The notes under the pieces are model-generated. The model had not been told where the DNA came from, made no database searches, and saw only the letters and a list, made by a program, of their open reading frames with translations. Positions 24,769 to 33,371 of a stretch of DNA of 36,055 nucleotides are shown piece by piece. The first letter of the stretch is position 1; every line of letters begins with the position of its first letter. Made by a program: the position numbers and the translations under genes. The DNA lies in IMG/VR virus record IMGVR_UViG_3300020045_015080, positions 1 through 36,055 of that record. One strand, written 5' to 3'. The DNA is from a virus (lineage: Duplodnaviria; Caudoviricetes).

Positions 24769-24981
24769 CTATTTAGTTTGATGAATAATGATTGAGTTTT
24801 CAAACAATGCATCCAGTTCAGCCACCCGGTAATAATTCTTTCCATTGATAGCTGCTACTGACAGGTTTAATCCTTTAAAAGTTTCGGGCGACATATCCAT
24901 ATAGCTGCAGGCTTCACTAATACTGAGGTATTTTTTCACCGGGTACATTTCTGCAATCCGCTTCTTTTGCATGGTAGCCAT
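24769..24981 (-). CDS. excisionase-like HTH protein
   Basis: KYLSISEACSYMDMSPETF...YYRVAELDALF. Confidence 0.7.
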   Translation of the reverse strand: MATMQKKRIAEMYPVKKYLSISEACSYMDMSPETFKGLNLSVAAINGKNYYRVAELDALFENSIIIHQTK

Positions 24982-24984
24982 ACC

Positions 24985-25155
24985 TTACTTCTTTTTTGTT
25001 TTTGATTTCAAATAATCATTGATCGCTTCCTCTGAAAATCTTACCAATCCCTCTACGTCCATTTCAGGTATCTCACCTTTCTGGCGGATCGTGTACAGCG
25101 TTTTACGGCTAATCTTCAACTTTTCGCAAACCTCTTCAACCGTTAAAAGTGTCAT
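24985..25155 (-). CDS. Cro/Xis-like HTH_17 protein
   Basis: MTLLTVEEVCEKLKISRKTLYTIRQKGEIP..VRFSEEAI; divergent from the repressor. Confidence 0.8.
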   Translation of the reverse strand: MTLLTVEEVCEKLKISRKTLYTIRQKGEIPEMDVEGLVRFSEEAINDYLKSKTKKK

Positions 25156-25205
25156 ACCGATAAAAATTATTTTATATAACAATGACGAAAATCATCGCAT
25201 TTATG

Positions 25206-25295
25206 TGTAAGAATGTGTATTATTGTGTAACTGTTGGTAAAGATAGGATACATCATGTAAGATTTTGCAAGCTTTTGTAAGATTTTGTAAGATTT
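25206..25295. promoter_or_regulatory. 10-bp-phased operator array in the lysis/lysogeny switch
   Basis: TGTAAGATTT x3 plus TGCAAGCTTT at 25256-25295; in-phase degenerate copies from 25206. Confidence 0.7.
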
Positions 25296-25330
25296 AATAA
25301 TTAGTCAAAAAACACTTAATAATTTAGATT

Positions 25331-25837
25331 ATGTCTAATAATTTAAAGGAATTGATAGATATCGTTCAGTTTAAATTGAAGGTTAATCAGGAAGAAATCG
25401 CAAAACGATTGGGCTATAGCCGTGGGCACCTATCCACACTGATCAAATCAAATGATCCGTCATGCATCCAGAAGGTTAAGATAGAGTTTGCAGATATATT
25501 ACAAAATCATACAGAAGGCAATAATTCACCACAAACAGATTTTACCGCAGAAACAATCCGGGATTTAGCAAAAAGCAGTATGGCATTAGCTGAAGCCAAT
25601 AAGGTGCTTGCAGAAGCCAACAGGCGCCTGGCAGACAATAATACACATCTGATACAAAAGGTTAATTCAGCCGCTCCAAAACAAAATGATGCAGCTGCTC
25701 CGGTTGACCTATTAAAGACCGCTTCCTTACTGGCGCAAAGGTTTGAATTAAACGTGAAGGAGGTTGCAATAGAATTGGGCAGGATCTTAGCTGAAGATCT
25801 GCTGGCAAGGTCGGGATTGGGCATTTCCCATCAATAA
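25331..25837 (+). CDS. XRE-family prophage repressor candidate
   Basis: NQEEIAKRLGYSRGHLSTLI HTH; divergent from the cro-like gene; coiled-coil C-terminus. Confidence 0.75.
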   Translation: MSNNLKELIDIVQFKLKVNQEEIAKRLGYSRGHLSTLIKSNDPSCIQKVKIEFADILQNHTEGNNSPQTDFTAETIRDLAKSSMALAEANKVLAEANRRLADNNTHLIQKVNSAAPKQNDAAAPVDLLKTASLLAQRFELNVKEVAIELGRILAEDLLARSGLGISHQ

Positions 25838-25998
25838 TACATGTTTTGCAAGGCGTTTTCGTCAACATCGTACGTAAGAGTTATATCTTTTATATAGTAG
25901 TAGATAAAAGGCTTGCAGGAGGAAGATGGATAGTTAATTGCAGCACTAAAGTACAGTATTGGATTTTAAAAAAGGACAGGCCCCTGAAATATTTATTT

Positions 25999-26400
25999 AT
26001 GCAACATGTTATTACAAAACAAATTACGATCAAGGTATTCCGCTGGATCGTTATGATTCCTGCATCATTCGCTGCATTGCTAATCATAACCTGGGCAATT
26101 ATACACTTTAATAACCAGCGCTTATTGGATATGGGCGTATCCGAATGGGTAGTGGTATATATGATCCCCGTCCTGGCCGGCATAGCAGGTGGCGCAGTGT
26201 ACATCTTATCCGCCATCCTACTGGCGCCAAGCCATAAAGCCGAAGCCGGCATTGTAATGATTGCCGTACTATCCGCCATATCCGGCATCAGCTGTTTTTT
26301 AAATTACACCAGCCTGCTTCAAACCATCGCCATTATCATCGCATCCCTCGCATGCTACTTCAACCTAAAACAAGAAAACTTTCAACTAACGTTTAAGTAA
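25999..26400 (+). CDS. four-TM membrane protein (lysogeny cargo)
   Basis: Four hydrophobic helices; probable ATG at 25999. Confidence 0.65.
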   Translation: MQHVITKQITIKVFRWIVMIPASFAALLIITWAIIHFNNQRLLDMGVSEWVVVYMIPVLAGIAGGAVYILSAILLAPSHKAEAGIVMIAVLSAISGISCFLNYTSLLQTIAIIIASLACYFNLKQENFQLTFK

Positions 26401-26648
26401 TGTTTATCAAAATGTTTAAACAACCATTCGTAAATTCCTCTGAAACCGTTATTGGTATTCGCTTTTGTGCAAATAGGGGATATTCCTTTCGTGGGCACTA
26501 CCAGCTATTTTACAAAAGCCGCTCTCGTAGCGGCTTTTGCTTTGTAGGTAAGGGTTTCGGCTGATTTTCATTTCCCCAATCCGCCCTAAAAAACCCTATT
26601 TTTTCCCTCAATTGTTTAATAAAATGTTGAAACAAGATGTTTAAACAA
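26389..26648 (+). other. putative attP: tRNA 3-prime core flanked by arm-type repeats
   Basis: Core ATTCCTTTCGTGGGCA at 26482-26497; ATGTTTAAACAA-like repeats on both sides. Confidence 0.6.
26513..26539. terminator. bidirectional intrinsic terminator
   Basis: CAAAAGCCGCT-CTCGT-AGCGGCTTTTG. Confidence 0.75.
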
Positions 26649-27734
26649 AATATAAAGGCTGTTTTAAACAGCCAGCGGCCAGACAGTAAAGGTAATTTCC
26701 CGCTTCGCATACGGGTAACCATCCAGCGCCAGGTTACTTACTACCCTACCGGCATCATGCTGAAGGAAGATCAGTTAAAAGACGGTATCATTATCAATCA
26801 TCCAAACAAGGCCCTGCTCAATACCGAATTGCGCCGTAAAATATCGCAACTGGAAAAGGATCACCTGGAATCTGCCATTACCGGCGAAAATGTTGCCCGG
26901 GTAAAAAAGAACATGGACCTGAAATTTACCGAGTATGCGGAGAAGAAAATAAAACAATGGAAGGGCACCCAGGCAAAAAGTACCATCAAGCATAAAAACA
27001 GTTACCTGGCAAAACTCAATGCTTTTAATCCAAGGCTGAAATTAAAGGATATGGATAAGGACATGCTCACCAGTTTTGAAGATTACTGCAGGGGTTTAGG
27101 AAATGTGTCCAATACGGTTTGGAGTGCGAGCAAGTTTGTTAAATCAATATTAAATGCAGCTGTAGAAGATGGTATCATGGCCAGGTCGCCGGCAAAAGGA
27201 TTTAAGGGAGCAAAGTATTCAGATCCATTGCGGCAAGGTTTAAGCGAAGAAGAAATACAGCTGATAGAAACCTTTGCAGATAATCCGCTCAATAGCCAGA
27301 AATTGCGAAATGTAGCCAACTGGTTCCTGTTTGGTTGTTATACCGGGTTGCGGTATGGAGATATGCACCGGTTTAAAGGTTTTGTAAATGGGAAGATCAT
27401 ACTTGCTACAGAAAAGACCGGGGAGCCGGTTAGTATTTTTGCCACCGAAAAAATCAAACAGGCTTATAGCCGGATTGACAAAGGAGTGTACACCAACCAG
27501 AAGATGAATGATTATTTAAAAATCATTGCAGCAGGGGTAGGAATTGACCGAAATGTAACCTGCCATCTGGCCAGGCATACATTTGCCATAAATTTTTTGG
27601 ACCGTGGAGGAGATATCTATATCCTGTCTAAAATATTGGGCCATACAAATTTAAAAACCACTTCTATATACGGCAAGGTCAGTAATAAACTTGCCGATGC
27701 AGAAATGGCCCGGGTTTGGGATTGTGCCGGCTAA
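26637..27734 (+). CDS. int: tyrosine integrase, Bacteroidota type (Arm DNA-binding, SAM-like and catalytic domains)
   Basis: FPLRIRVT..YYPTGI; CYTGLRYGD, EKTG, HLARHTFA, LGHTNLKTTSIY. Confidence 0.95.
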   Translation: MFKQNIKAVLNSQRPDSKGNFPLRIRVTIQRQVTYYPTGIMLKEDQLKDGIIINHPNKALLNTELRRKISQLEKDHLESAITGENVARVKKNMDLKFTEYAEKKIKQWKGTQAKSTIKHKNSYLAKLNAFNPRLKLKDMDKDMLTSFEDYCRGLGNVSNTVWSASKFVKSILNAAVEDGIMARSPAKGFKGAKYSDPLRQGLSEEEIQLIETFADNPLNSQKLRNVANWFLFGCYTGLRYGDMHRFKGFVNGKIILATEKTGEPVSIFATEKIKQAYSRIDKGVYTNQKMNDYLKIIAAGVGIDRNVTCHLARHTFAINFLDRGGDIYILSKILGHTNLKTTSIYGKVSNKLADAEMARVWDCAG

Positions 27735-28234
27735 ATGTTTTTTTGGATCACCTGGATCACCTTTTTTAAATTAGCAGCATAATTGGGGTCTGTTGCATAA
27801 CCAGCCTTCGCAATTTCCTCAAAGAATTTCACCGGGTCGTTTTTTACGGCCAACGCTTTGGTGTACCGCTTGTTCCGGATAAAGAAATTACCATGATCGG
27901 TGAAACATTCTGCAGGCGTTGCATACTTGCGGAAATAATCTTTGATTTTGTATTTAAACATGCTACGGCCGTTCCGGATCACTGGCGTTACGGATATGAT
28001 CACCGGAAATTTAAGATCCTGCCTGCTGCTGTATTCATGCGTAATGAGCAGCTGTTCATTACCGTTAACGCCATCAGTATCTTTTACGCCAAAATACATG
28101 TTACCAGGTACCGCTTTCCCCCAGCCGCTCTCCCATGCAGCTTGTGCCAGTATTGCTAAATAATGAATACCGGTATTTTTCTGCGCCAGCAAGGCATGCG
28201 GCATAAGTAGTGTTACAAACTCTTTTGGTGTCAT
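27731..28234 (-). CDS. endolysin, glucosaminidase/FlgJ (GH73) family
   Basis: LAQAAWESGWG, NMYFGVK, FRKY, GYATDPNY. Confidence 0.92.
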   Translation of the reverse strand: MTPKEFVTLLMPHALLAQKNTGIHYLAILAQAAWESGWGKAVPGNMYFGVKDTDGVNGNEQLLITHEYSSRQDLKFPVIISVTPVIRNGRSMFKYKIKDYFRKYATPAECFTDHGNFFIRNKRYTKALAVKNDPVKFFEEIAKAGYATDPNYAANLKKVIQVIQKNI

Positions 28235-28259
28235 AATTTTAATTTTTAGTACTTAAGTA

Positions 28260-28868
28260 TTACTTAACAACTGATTTAAGAATAAACAATCCCCCGGCGA
28301 TTGCAGCCGCTTTCCATCCAAACCTTCCGGCCTGCGTCCATTTTACTTTGCGTTCTAACTTCCTGGTATAATCGCTCCAGAGTTCCTGTTGATCTATGGA
28401 CGAATTAAATGCAGTTCGTAAAGTGCTATACATTGAATCCTTTAGCGCAATTATTTCAGTTTGCTTATCAACAACACTTTCCAAAACGGAAACAGTTGCG
28501 TTACAAATACTGTCACTGGTTGCCACATTATCAATAAAGTCCGTTATTACTTTATCTTGATAGATTGTATCAATCTGCAACGCAAGGCCACCAAGGCGCT
28601 TATTTTCGTTCTGGTAATATTTTAATGATTGGAGTAATTTTGATTTCTCTGATTGCAATTTCTGCACAATCAACTGAGTGCTGTCTACCTTGGCAGTAAT
28701 AATAGATTCTTTTTTTTTAACTACTTCAACCTGAGTTTTAACTGGTATAATTATAGGCTTCTCTACCTTATTGCAATTGCCTGAAAATAGCAGTATAACC
28801 GCTACAAGTGCGAAGCCTATTATAGCAAGGCTGCCAGCATTTTTAAGGTGTTCAATTAATATTTTCAT
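28260..28868 (-). CDS. spanin-like coiled-coil membrane protein
   Basis: N-terminal TM/Cys, coiled coil, hydrophobic C-terminus; next to the endolysin. Confidence 0.5.
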   Translation of the reverse strand: MKILIEHLKNAGSLAIIGFALVAVILLFSGNCNKVEKPIIIPVKTQVEVVKKKESIITAKVDSTQLIVQKLQSEKSKLLQSLKYYQNENKRLGGLALQIDTIYQDKVITDFIDNVATSDSICNATVSVLESVVDKQTEIIALKDSMYSTLRTAFNSSIDQQELWSDYTRKLERKVKWTQAGRFGWKAAAIAGGLFILKSVVK

Positions 28869-28870
28869 GA

Positions 28871-29242
28871 TTAGTCTTTTTTGCGTGCTGGTTCCAAAAA
28901 CTGCATAATATTTGTCTTCTCCATCAGGAACTGAATTGCTTTATCTAATCCAAATGAAACAAAGAAACCTACCCCTATCATTGCAAAAGGGTTGCTAAGG
29001 TCAAATAGCCTGAACAGGATAAACATTACAATTATTGACATAGTGATTCGTTTAAAATTATCCCACAGTAAAAAACCCCAACTGAATTTTATAGGAGTAT
29101 TTATAGAATATTTATCCCTTGTTTTCGAGTGCTGATGTAGAGACAATATGATTGCTAAAAGAGAAAAGAAAAATCCTGCTAAATAGTAGCCGCCCGACTT
29201 GCCCCCTAATATTATCTGTAATGCTTCGTTAATTGATTCCAT
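28871..29242 (-). CDS. putative holin (3 TM)
   Basis: Hydrophobic helices, charged tail, lysis module position. Confidence 0.6.
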   Translation of the reverse strand: MESINEALQIILGGKSGGYYLAGFFFSLLAIILSLHQHSKTRDKYSINTPIKFSWGFLLWDNFKRITMSIIVMFILFRLFDLSNPFAMIGVGFFVSFGLDKAIQFLMEKTNIMQFLEPARKKD

Positions 29243-29247
29243 GATGA

Positions 29248-29499
29248 TTATTTGTTTAAAAGTTTACCAATATTTATTTCCATTTTATGTAATGATTCCT
29301 GGATTTTATCAATTTTCATTACGGCATTATCTTCAATTTCATTTACCCGGTGCTCTAATTTATTCACCTCTGTTTGTAAATATTCATGCTTCTGCTTTGC
29401 AAGTGCTGCATCAGTAACCATTTTAACGTACAGCCCTATTAACGCTCCGGCAAGAGTTATAAAAGAAAATGTACCTGCTATAATTTGTCCTGCTCCCAT
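29248..29499 (-). CDS. TM plus coiled-coil protein (holin/antiholin-like)
   Basis: Single TM followed by a coiled coil. Confidence 0.5.
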   Translation of the reverse strand: MGAGQIIAGTFSFITLAGALIGLYVKMVTDAALAKQKHEYLQTEVNKLEHRVNEIEDNAVMKIDKIQESLHKMEINIGKLLNK

Positions 29500-29500
29500 C

Positions 29501-32494
29501 TTAATAATCTTTATTAAGTTTCAAATTTTGTACTGTAACATTTGCGCCTTCAACACTTCCACCGGCTGTTGTGGTTGTGAATCTAAATCGTATTGATGCA
29601 GGCGTTCTCCAATTTCCGGTACCATCTGAAATGGTTGTTGTTCCGGTGTAACTGCCGTAATTAAAAGTTACATTTCCACCGATACAAATGATTTCAAAGG
29701 CTTTTAAATCCCTTAAATATTCATTAAAAGTCGAACCCGTTTCAGTGATATTTATTAAGTTCAACGTATTGCCTTTTAGTCGGTAATTAACGGAAGGGTA
29801 TGCAGATAAATCACGGACAGGGTAGAAGGTTGTTAGTACTTTTCCGGCTGCATCCAGTACTTCAAAATATTGCGCTGTAGGGCCATAGTTAGCTGCATTT
29901 ACAGGATAGGCAATGTTCCCTGTTATCTTCCAATTAGTCGTTACATTGTTACTTCCTAAATTAATCTTCACCGAATCAATTACCGCCGCTGTGTTGGGGT
30001 TACTATATGCCATTAATACATCGTTATCTTTCAAACGATCATAGCTGAAACGGCTTGTATTCATCGTAAGTCCACCACCTGTTGTTGGGTATCTTGTCCA
30101 TGCTCCTGAATTGCTAAAAGTTGCATCAAACGAAATACCAGCCATTAGATTGGTATATCCCAAAGCCGGTGCAACATAAGCAGATGGGAACGCCAAACTG
30201 ATAGATTGTTCCGCAATTGTATTTAATCCTGAGACCTTCCACCTGTGCAAACTTGAATGATCCGATTCGTCTCCATGATATATATAACCGGAATCAGTAC
30301 CAGATGCAATATATACCGCAGTTAAAGCGTTCCCTGCCATTCCTTCGGCTGCATGGTTAAGAAATCCTACATCGAACCGGGTTGTACCAAATTGCCCGAT
30401 AGCTAACCCATTTTTGTAGTAATGATTGAACTTATTTGTTTGCCCGTCTTTCCAAAATTCGCCATGATATGATGTAAAAATATTTGTGCCTGAAATACTC
30501 ATTGAACCACCTGCATAATTATTAACCTTGTTCCCAACATCGAACCAACCTGAACCAGGATAACCCCCTTCATAATTTCGGTGTGTAGATTTTTCTGTAT
30601 TGAATAAAGTAGAGCTGCTGCCCCGTGTTGATACTGATAAATGACACCCTGTTGTATAAACCGGCCCGCTGTTTGACTGATAAGAATTATAATTGAAAAA
30701 TGCTACCCTATGACCTGAAAATGCCTGGCTGTTTGGATATGTTATCGGGTTATTCCCGTAGGGCAAAATGGCTAATACTTCGCCTGTGATGCTCCATGTT
30801 GGATTGTTGGAACTGAAGCCCGACAACGGGTATCTCCTTAGCGTTGCGGTGCCGCCGCTTTCTGTATAATCCTGCAGGCTACCATCATCACATAGTACCT
30901 GTGAAAGTGCAATCATCACGCCCGTAAATCTTGTTTGCCCCCCGGCCACCAACTCCACTATTTCATAAGTGCTACCGATGCGAATTACTCCGTATGTCCT
31001 GCCATTGCTTAGCGTTGTTTGAAATCTCATTTGGCCGAATCCATCATACAGATTGCTAACCGTTGCGCCCCAATTATTTGTAAGCGCCCAACCGCTGCCA
31101 CCAGTTAGCGTTGTGTAATCGGTACTAAATTCCAAGTAACCGGCAAATATTCTATTGATATTATTTTTGTCAGGATAAACGCTGTATGTGCTGCCTAAAT
31201 TCATCACCCTATTTACAAATACATTGCTTGAATTATAATGCTGCACCCGAAAGTTCCCCGGATCATTTACCCAATAACTGTTATCTGATTGGTAAGCTAC
31301 GAAGGGCAATTTATTCCCAATTGCATCGCTAAAATAAAACTTTGAATTATTTACAACCGAACTGGTTGCATACCCTCCGGCGCTGCCCAATGTGCTTTGC
31401 AATACGCCCGATGTATCGTAAAATTGAACCTGCTGTGAAGTTCCGGCATTGCAAACAGCTATTCTATTATTACCGTATGAAATTGCAAGTGGGTTATCCG
31501 TTCCGCTCAATGCTAATACCTGTGAAGAAATCACCCCGGTACCTGATACATAATACTTACCAACTGCCCCGGCAACTGTCATCCAAAGGTTATCATTCGA
31601 ATCGACACATAACCCGGTAGGACTTGAGAATGTCAATGTTGACACCAATGCACCGGTGCTCTTATTAAGCACCTGCAATTGATTTAATGCAGCCCTCGAC
31701 ACAAATAAATAATTACCTGCTCTTTGAACAGCCAATCCTGTGATTAGAGAGTTGACTGTGTTTAATTTTGAAATGCAGTTGTACGTCTGCCCATTCCCGT
31801 ATGTGATGATATAATTTGCCCCGGCGCTAAAATCCACAAGAGCATCACTTGTATTTGTCGCATAGACAAAGGTGTTATTTGGGCTGTTAGAATCGAATGC
31901 ACCCCAATAAACTTTTGTACCATCTGTTGCCACGTAATTATTATCTGCCTTGTAATTTGCATCGCCTGAAAAGAACTGAATTTTTTGATTTGGAGTAGCA
32001 ATATTGAACTTTGCAATTGATGGGCCACCCTCTGAATACCCGGTGCAAAAATATCCGTATGATCCGGCGAAAACTAAACCACGCATACAGTAATAATAGC
32101 CCCGGTGTTTGGTGCTTCCTGTCATCGAATCCGATGTATTACCGATTGTACCCTGCCAGGTGTGAGCTACATTATTGCTCAATACTTTCACTTTGTAATT
32201 CGCATCCGGCGAAGGAATTACATTGCCGTAATCGTCTGTGCCATCCCAATACTTTGTATATGTTCCGGCTGAATAACTTTCATCGTTCCAAAGAGTTTTA
32301 ACTAAAATAGAATCGTTACGGAATACTCCGGCGCTTGTTTTCAATTGGCTGCCTAATGTAAATGTAAAGGCCCCGGTATTACCTGGTACCGGAGTCGGGG
32401 GAACATAAGGTGGTGTGTAAGAACCGGCCTGCAATTTTAATTGAACCTGTGCAGAACAACTAATGGAAAATAAAAGTGCGATTAATAATTTCAT
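29501..32494 (-). CDS. large signal-peptide protein with FlgD-like Ig domain and beta-propeller repeats
   Basis: MKLLIALLFSISCSAQ; TSAGVF..LVKTLW..WDGTDDYG; NHL-like repeats (PTGLCVDSNDNLW). Confidence 0.75.
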   Translation of the reverse strand: MKLLIALLFSISCSAQVQLKLQAGSYTPPYVPPTPVPGNTGAFTFTLGSQLKTSAGVFRNDSILVKTLWNDESYSAGTYTKYWDGTDDYGNVIPSPDANYKVKVLSNNVAHTWQGTIGNTSDSMTGSTKHRGYYYCMRGLVFAGSYGYFCTGYSEGGPSIAKFNIATPNQKIQFFSGDANYKADNNYVATDGTKVYWGAFDSNSPNNTFVYATNTSDALVDFSAGANYIITYGNGQTYNCISKLNTVNSLITGLAVQRAGNYLFVSRAALNQLQVLNKSTGALVSTLTFSSPTGLCVDSNDNLWMTVAGAVGKYYVSGTGVISSQVLALSGTDNPLAISYGNNRIAVCNAGTSQQVQFYDTSGVLQSTLGSAGGYATSSVVNNSKFYFSDAIGNKLPFVAYQSDNSYWVNDPGNFRVQHYNSSNVFVNRVMNLGSTYSVYPDKNNINRIFAGYLEFSTDYTTLTGGSGWALTNNWGATVSNLYDGFGQMRFQTTLSNGRTYGVIRIGSTYEIVELVAGGQTRFTGVMIALSQVLCDDGSLQDYTESGGTATLRRYPLSGFSSNNPTWSITGEVLAILPYGNNPITYPNSQAFSGHRVAFFNYNSYQSNSGPVYTTGCHLSVSTRGSSSTLFNTEKSTHRNYEGGYPGSGWFDVGNKVNNYAGGSMSISGTNIFTSYHGEFWKDGQTNKFNHYYKNGLAIGQFGTTRFDVGFLNHAAEGMAGNALTAVYIASGTDSGYIYHGDESDHSSLHRWKVSGLNTIAEQSISLAFPSAYVAPALGYTNLMAGISFDATFSNSGAWTRYPTTGGGLTMNTSRFSYDRLKDNDVLMAYSNPNTAAVIDSVKINLGSNNVTTNWKITGNIAYPVNAANYGPTAQYFEVLDAAGKVLTTFYPVRDLSAYPSVNYRLKGNTLNLINITETGSTFNEYLRDLKAFEIICIGGNVTFNYGSYTGTTTISDGTGNWRTPASIRFRFTTTTAGGSVEGANVTVQNLKLNKDY

Positions 32495-32835
32495 TTGATT
32501 TGTTTTGAAAATAAAATATTGTTGTACACCCTTAGTACCCCGTTTGTGTCAACCTTTAAATTGCCCGTAAGTGAATCGGCCATATATTTTTTTATTGAAA
32601 TAATACTGTCTGAATTCGCTTTTATTTGGATGCTTTGTTGTGCTGTCAGGTTTTCAAGAAAGGCTATTCTTAGCAGATCATTTGTTCGTTGCATTTTCAG
32701 CCAGTTAATCTCTTTGTACAAGTTGTCGGATGAAGTTTTAATCATGCTCGTTACCTGCTTGAATTGGTTAGTGCTTAGCTGCGCCTGTGAACATATTCCA
32801 GACAATAGCAAGAATGTGATTAAAATATATTTCAT
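32491..32835 (-). CDS. signal-peptide coiled-coil protein
   Basis: MKYILITFLLLSGICSQAQ. Confidence 0.65.
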   Translation of the reverse strand: MKYILITFLLLSGICSQAQLSTNQFKQVTSMIKTSSDNLYKEINWLKMQRTNDLLRIAFLENLTAQQSIQIKANSDSIISIKKYMADSLTGNLKVDTNGVLRVYNNILFSKQIK

Positions 32836-33371
32836 AATGCTTCAAAAATTAATTCAAAAATCAATGACCGAACTGAATATATCCCCAACTTTCTGATGAC
32901 TAAATAACCTACCCTTTCCCAACCTTTGTACATCTTCCACTCTCTTTTAAAATCACTCAAAACGAAGTAGCTGCCCACTGTTAATGTCAAAGTATTAGCC
33001 GCCCCCATGAGATGATTACCGTCTGTGAACATTACAAGGAATGTTTTTGATCCGGGGAACTTTTCTCGTTTATCGCCTTTATCCCAATTCTTATACTTGT
33101 TCTTCCAGCTTGTGTTAATGTCCCAAAACATTTCTCCTTTCCCAAAGCCTCTGTAGTTGATTGCCTCCCTTGTTGCCTTATAATATGCACTAAGGGACAT
33201 CAAAGGCATACCGATTATTTCATTTTTTGAAAAATGGTAGAACTTTGGCACCGATGCTTTCGCCGGTATTTGTTCAGTCCAAGTTAGCTGCTCTGCATAG
33301 GTTGTGTCCTGTGCGTTTAGCGTGAATGGGAATAGTAATATGGTAAGTAACTTTACCATGCCGCTTGCCAA
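32832..33371 (-). CDS. signal-peptide/membrane protein
   Basis: MVKLLTILLFPFTLNAQ; SWKNKY..FPGSKTFLVMFTDGNHL. Confidence 0.65.
   Translation of the reverse strand: MASGMVKLLTILLFPFTLNAQDTTYAEQLTWTEQIPAKASVPKFYHFSKNEIIGMPLMSLSAYYKATREAINYRGFGKGEMFWDINTSWKNKYKNWDKGDKREKFPGSKTFLVMFTDGNHLMGAANTLTLTVGSYFVLSDFKREWKMYKGWERVGYLVIRKLGIYSVRSLIFELIFEAL

Noticed and set aside
25846-25998. TTG-start extension of the membrane protein ORF
   Set aside because: ATG 25999 has an AT-rich leader and directly precedes the TM region; the extension is unsupported
26637-27734. The integrase as the IntI for the cassette array
   Set aside because: It has an N-terminal arm-binding domain and its own attP-like site, shows no visible IntI-specific insertion, and lies 13 kb away; a profile search should confirm
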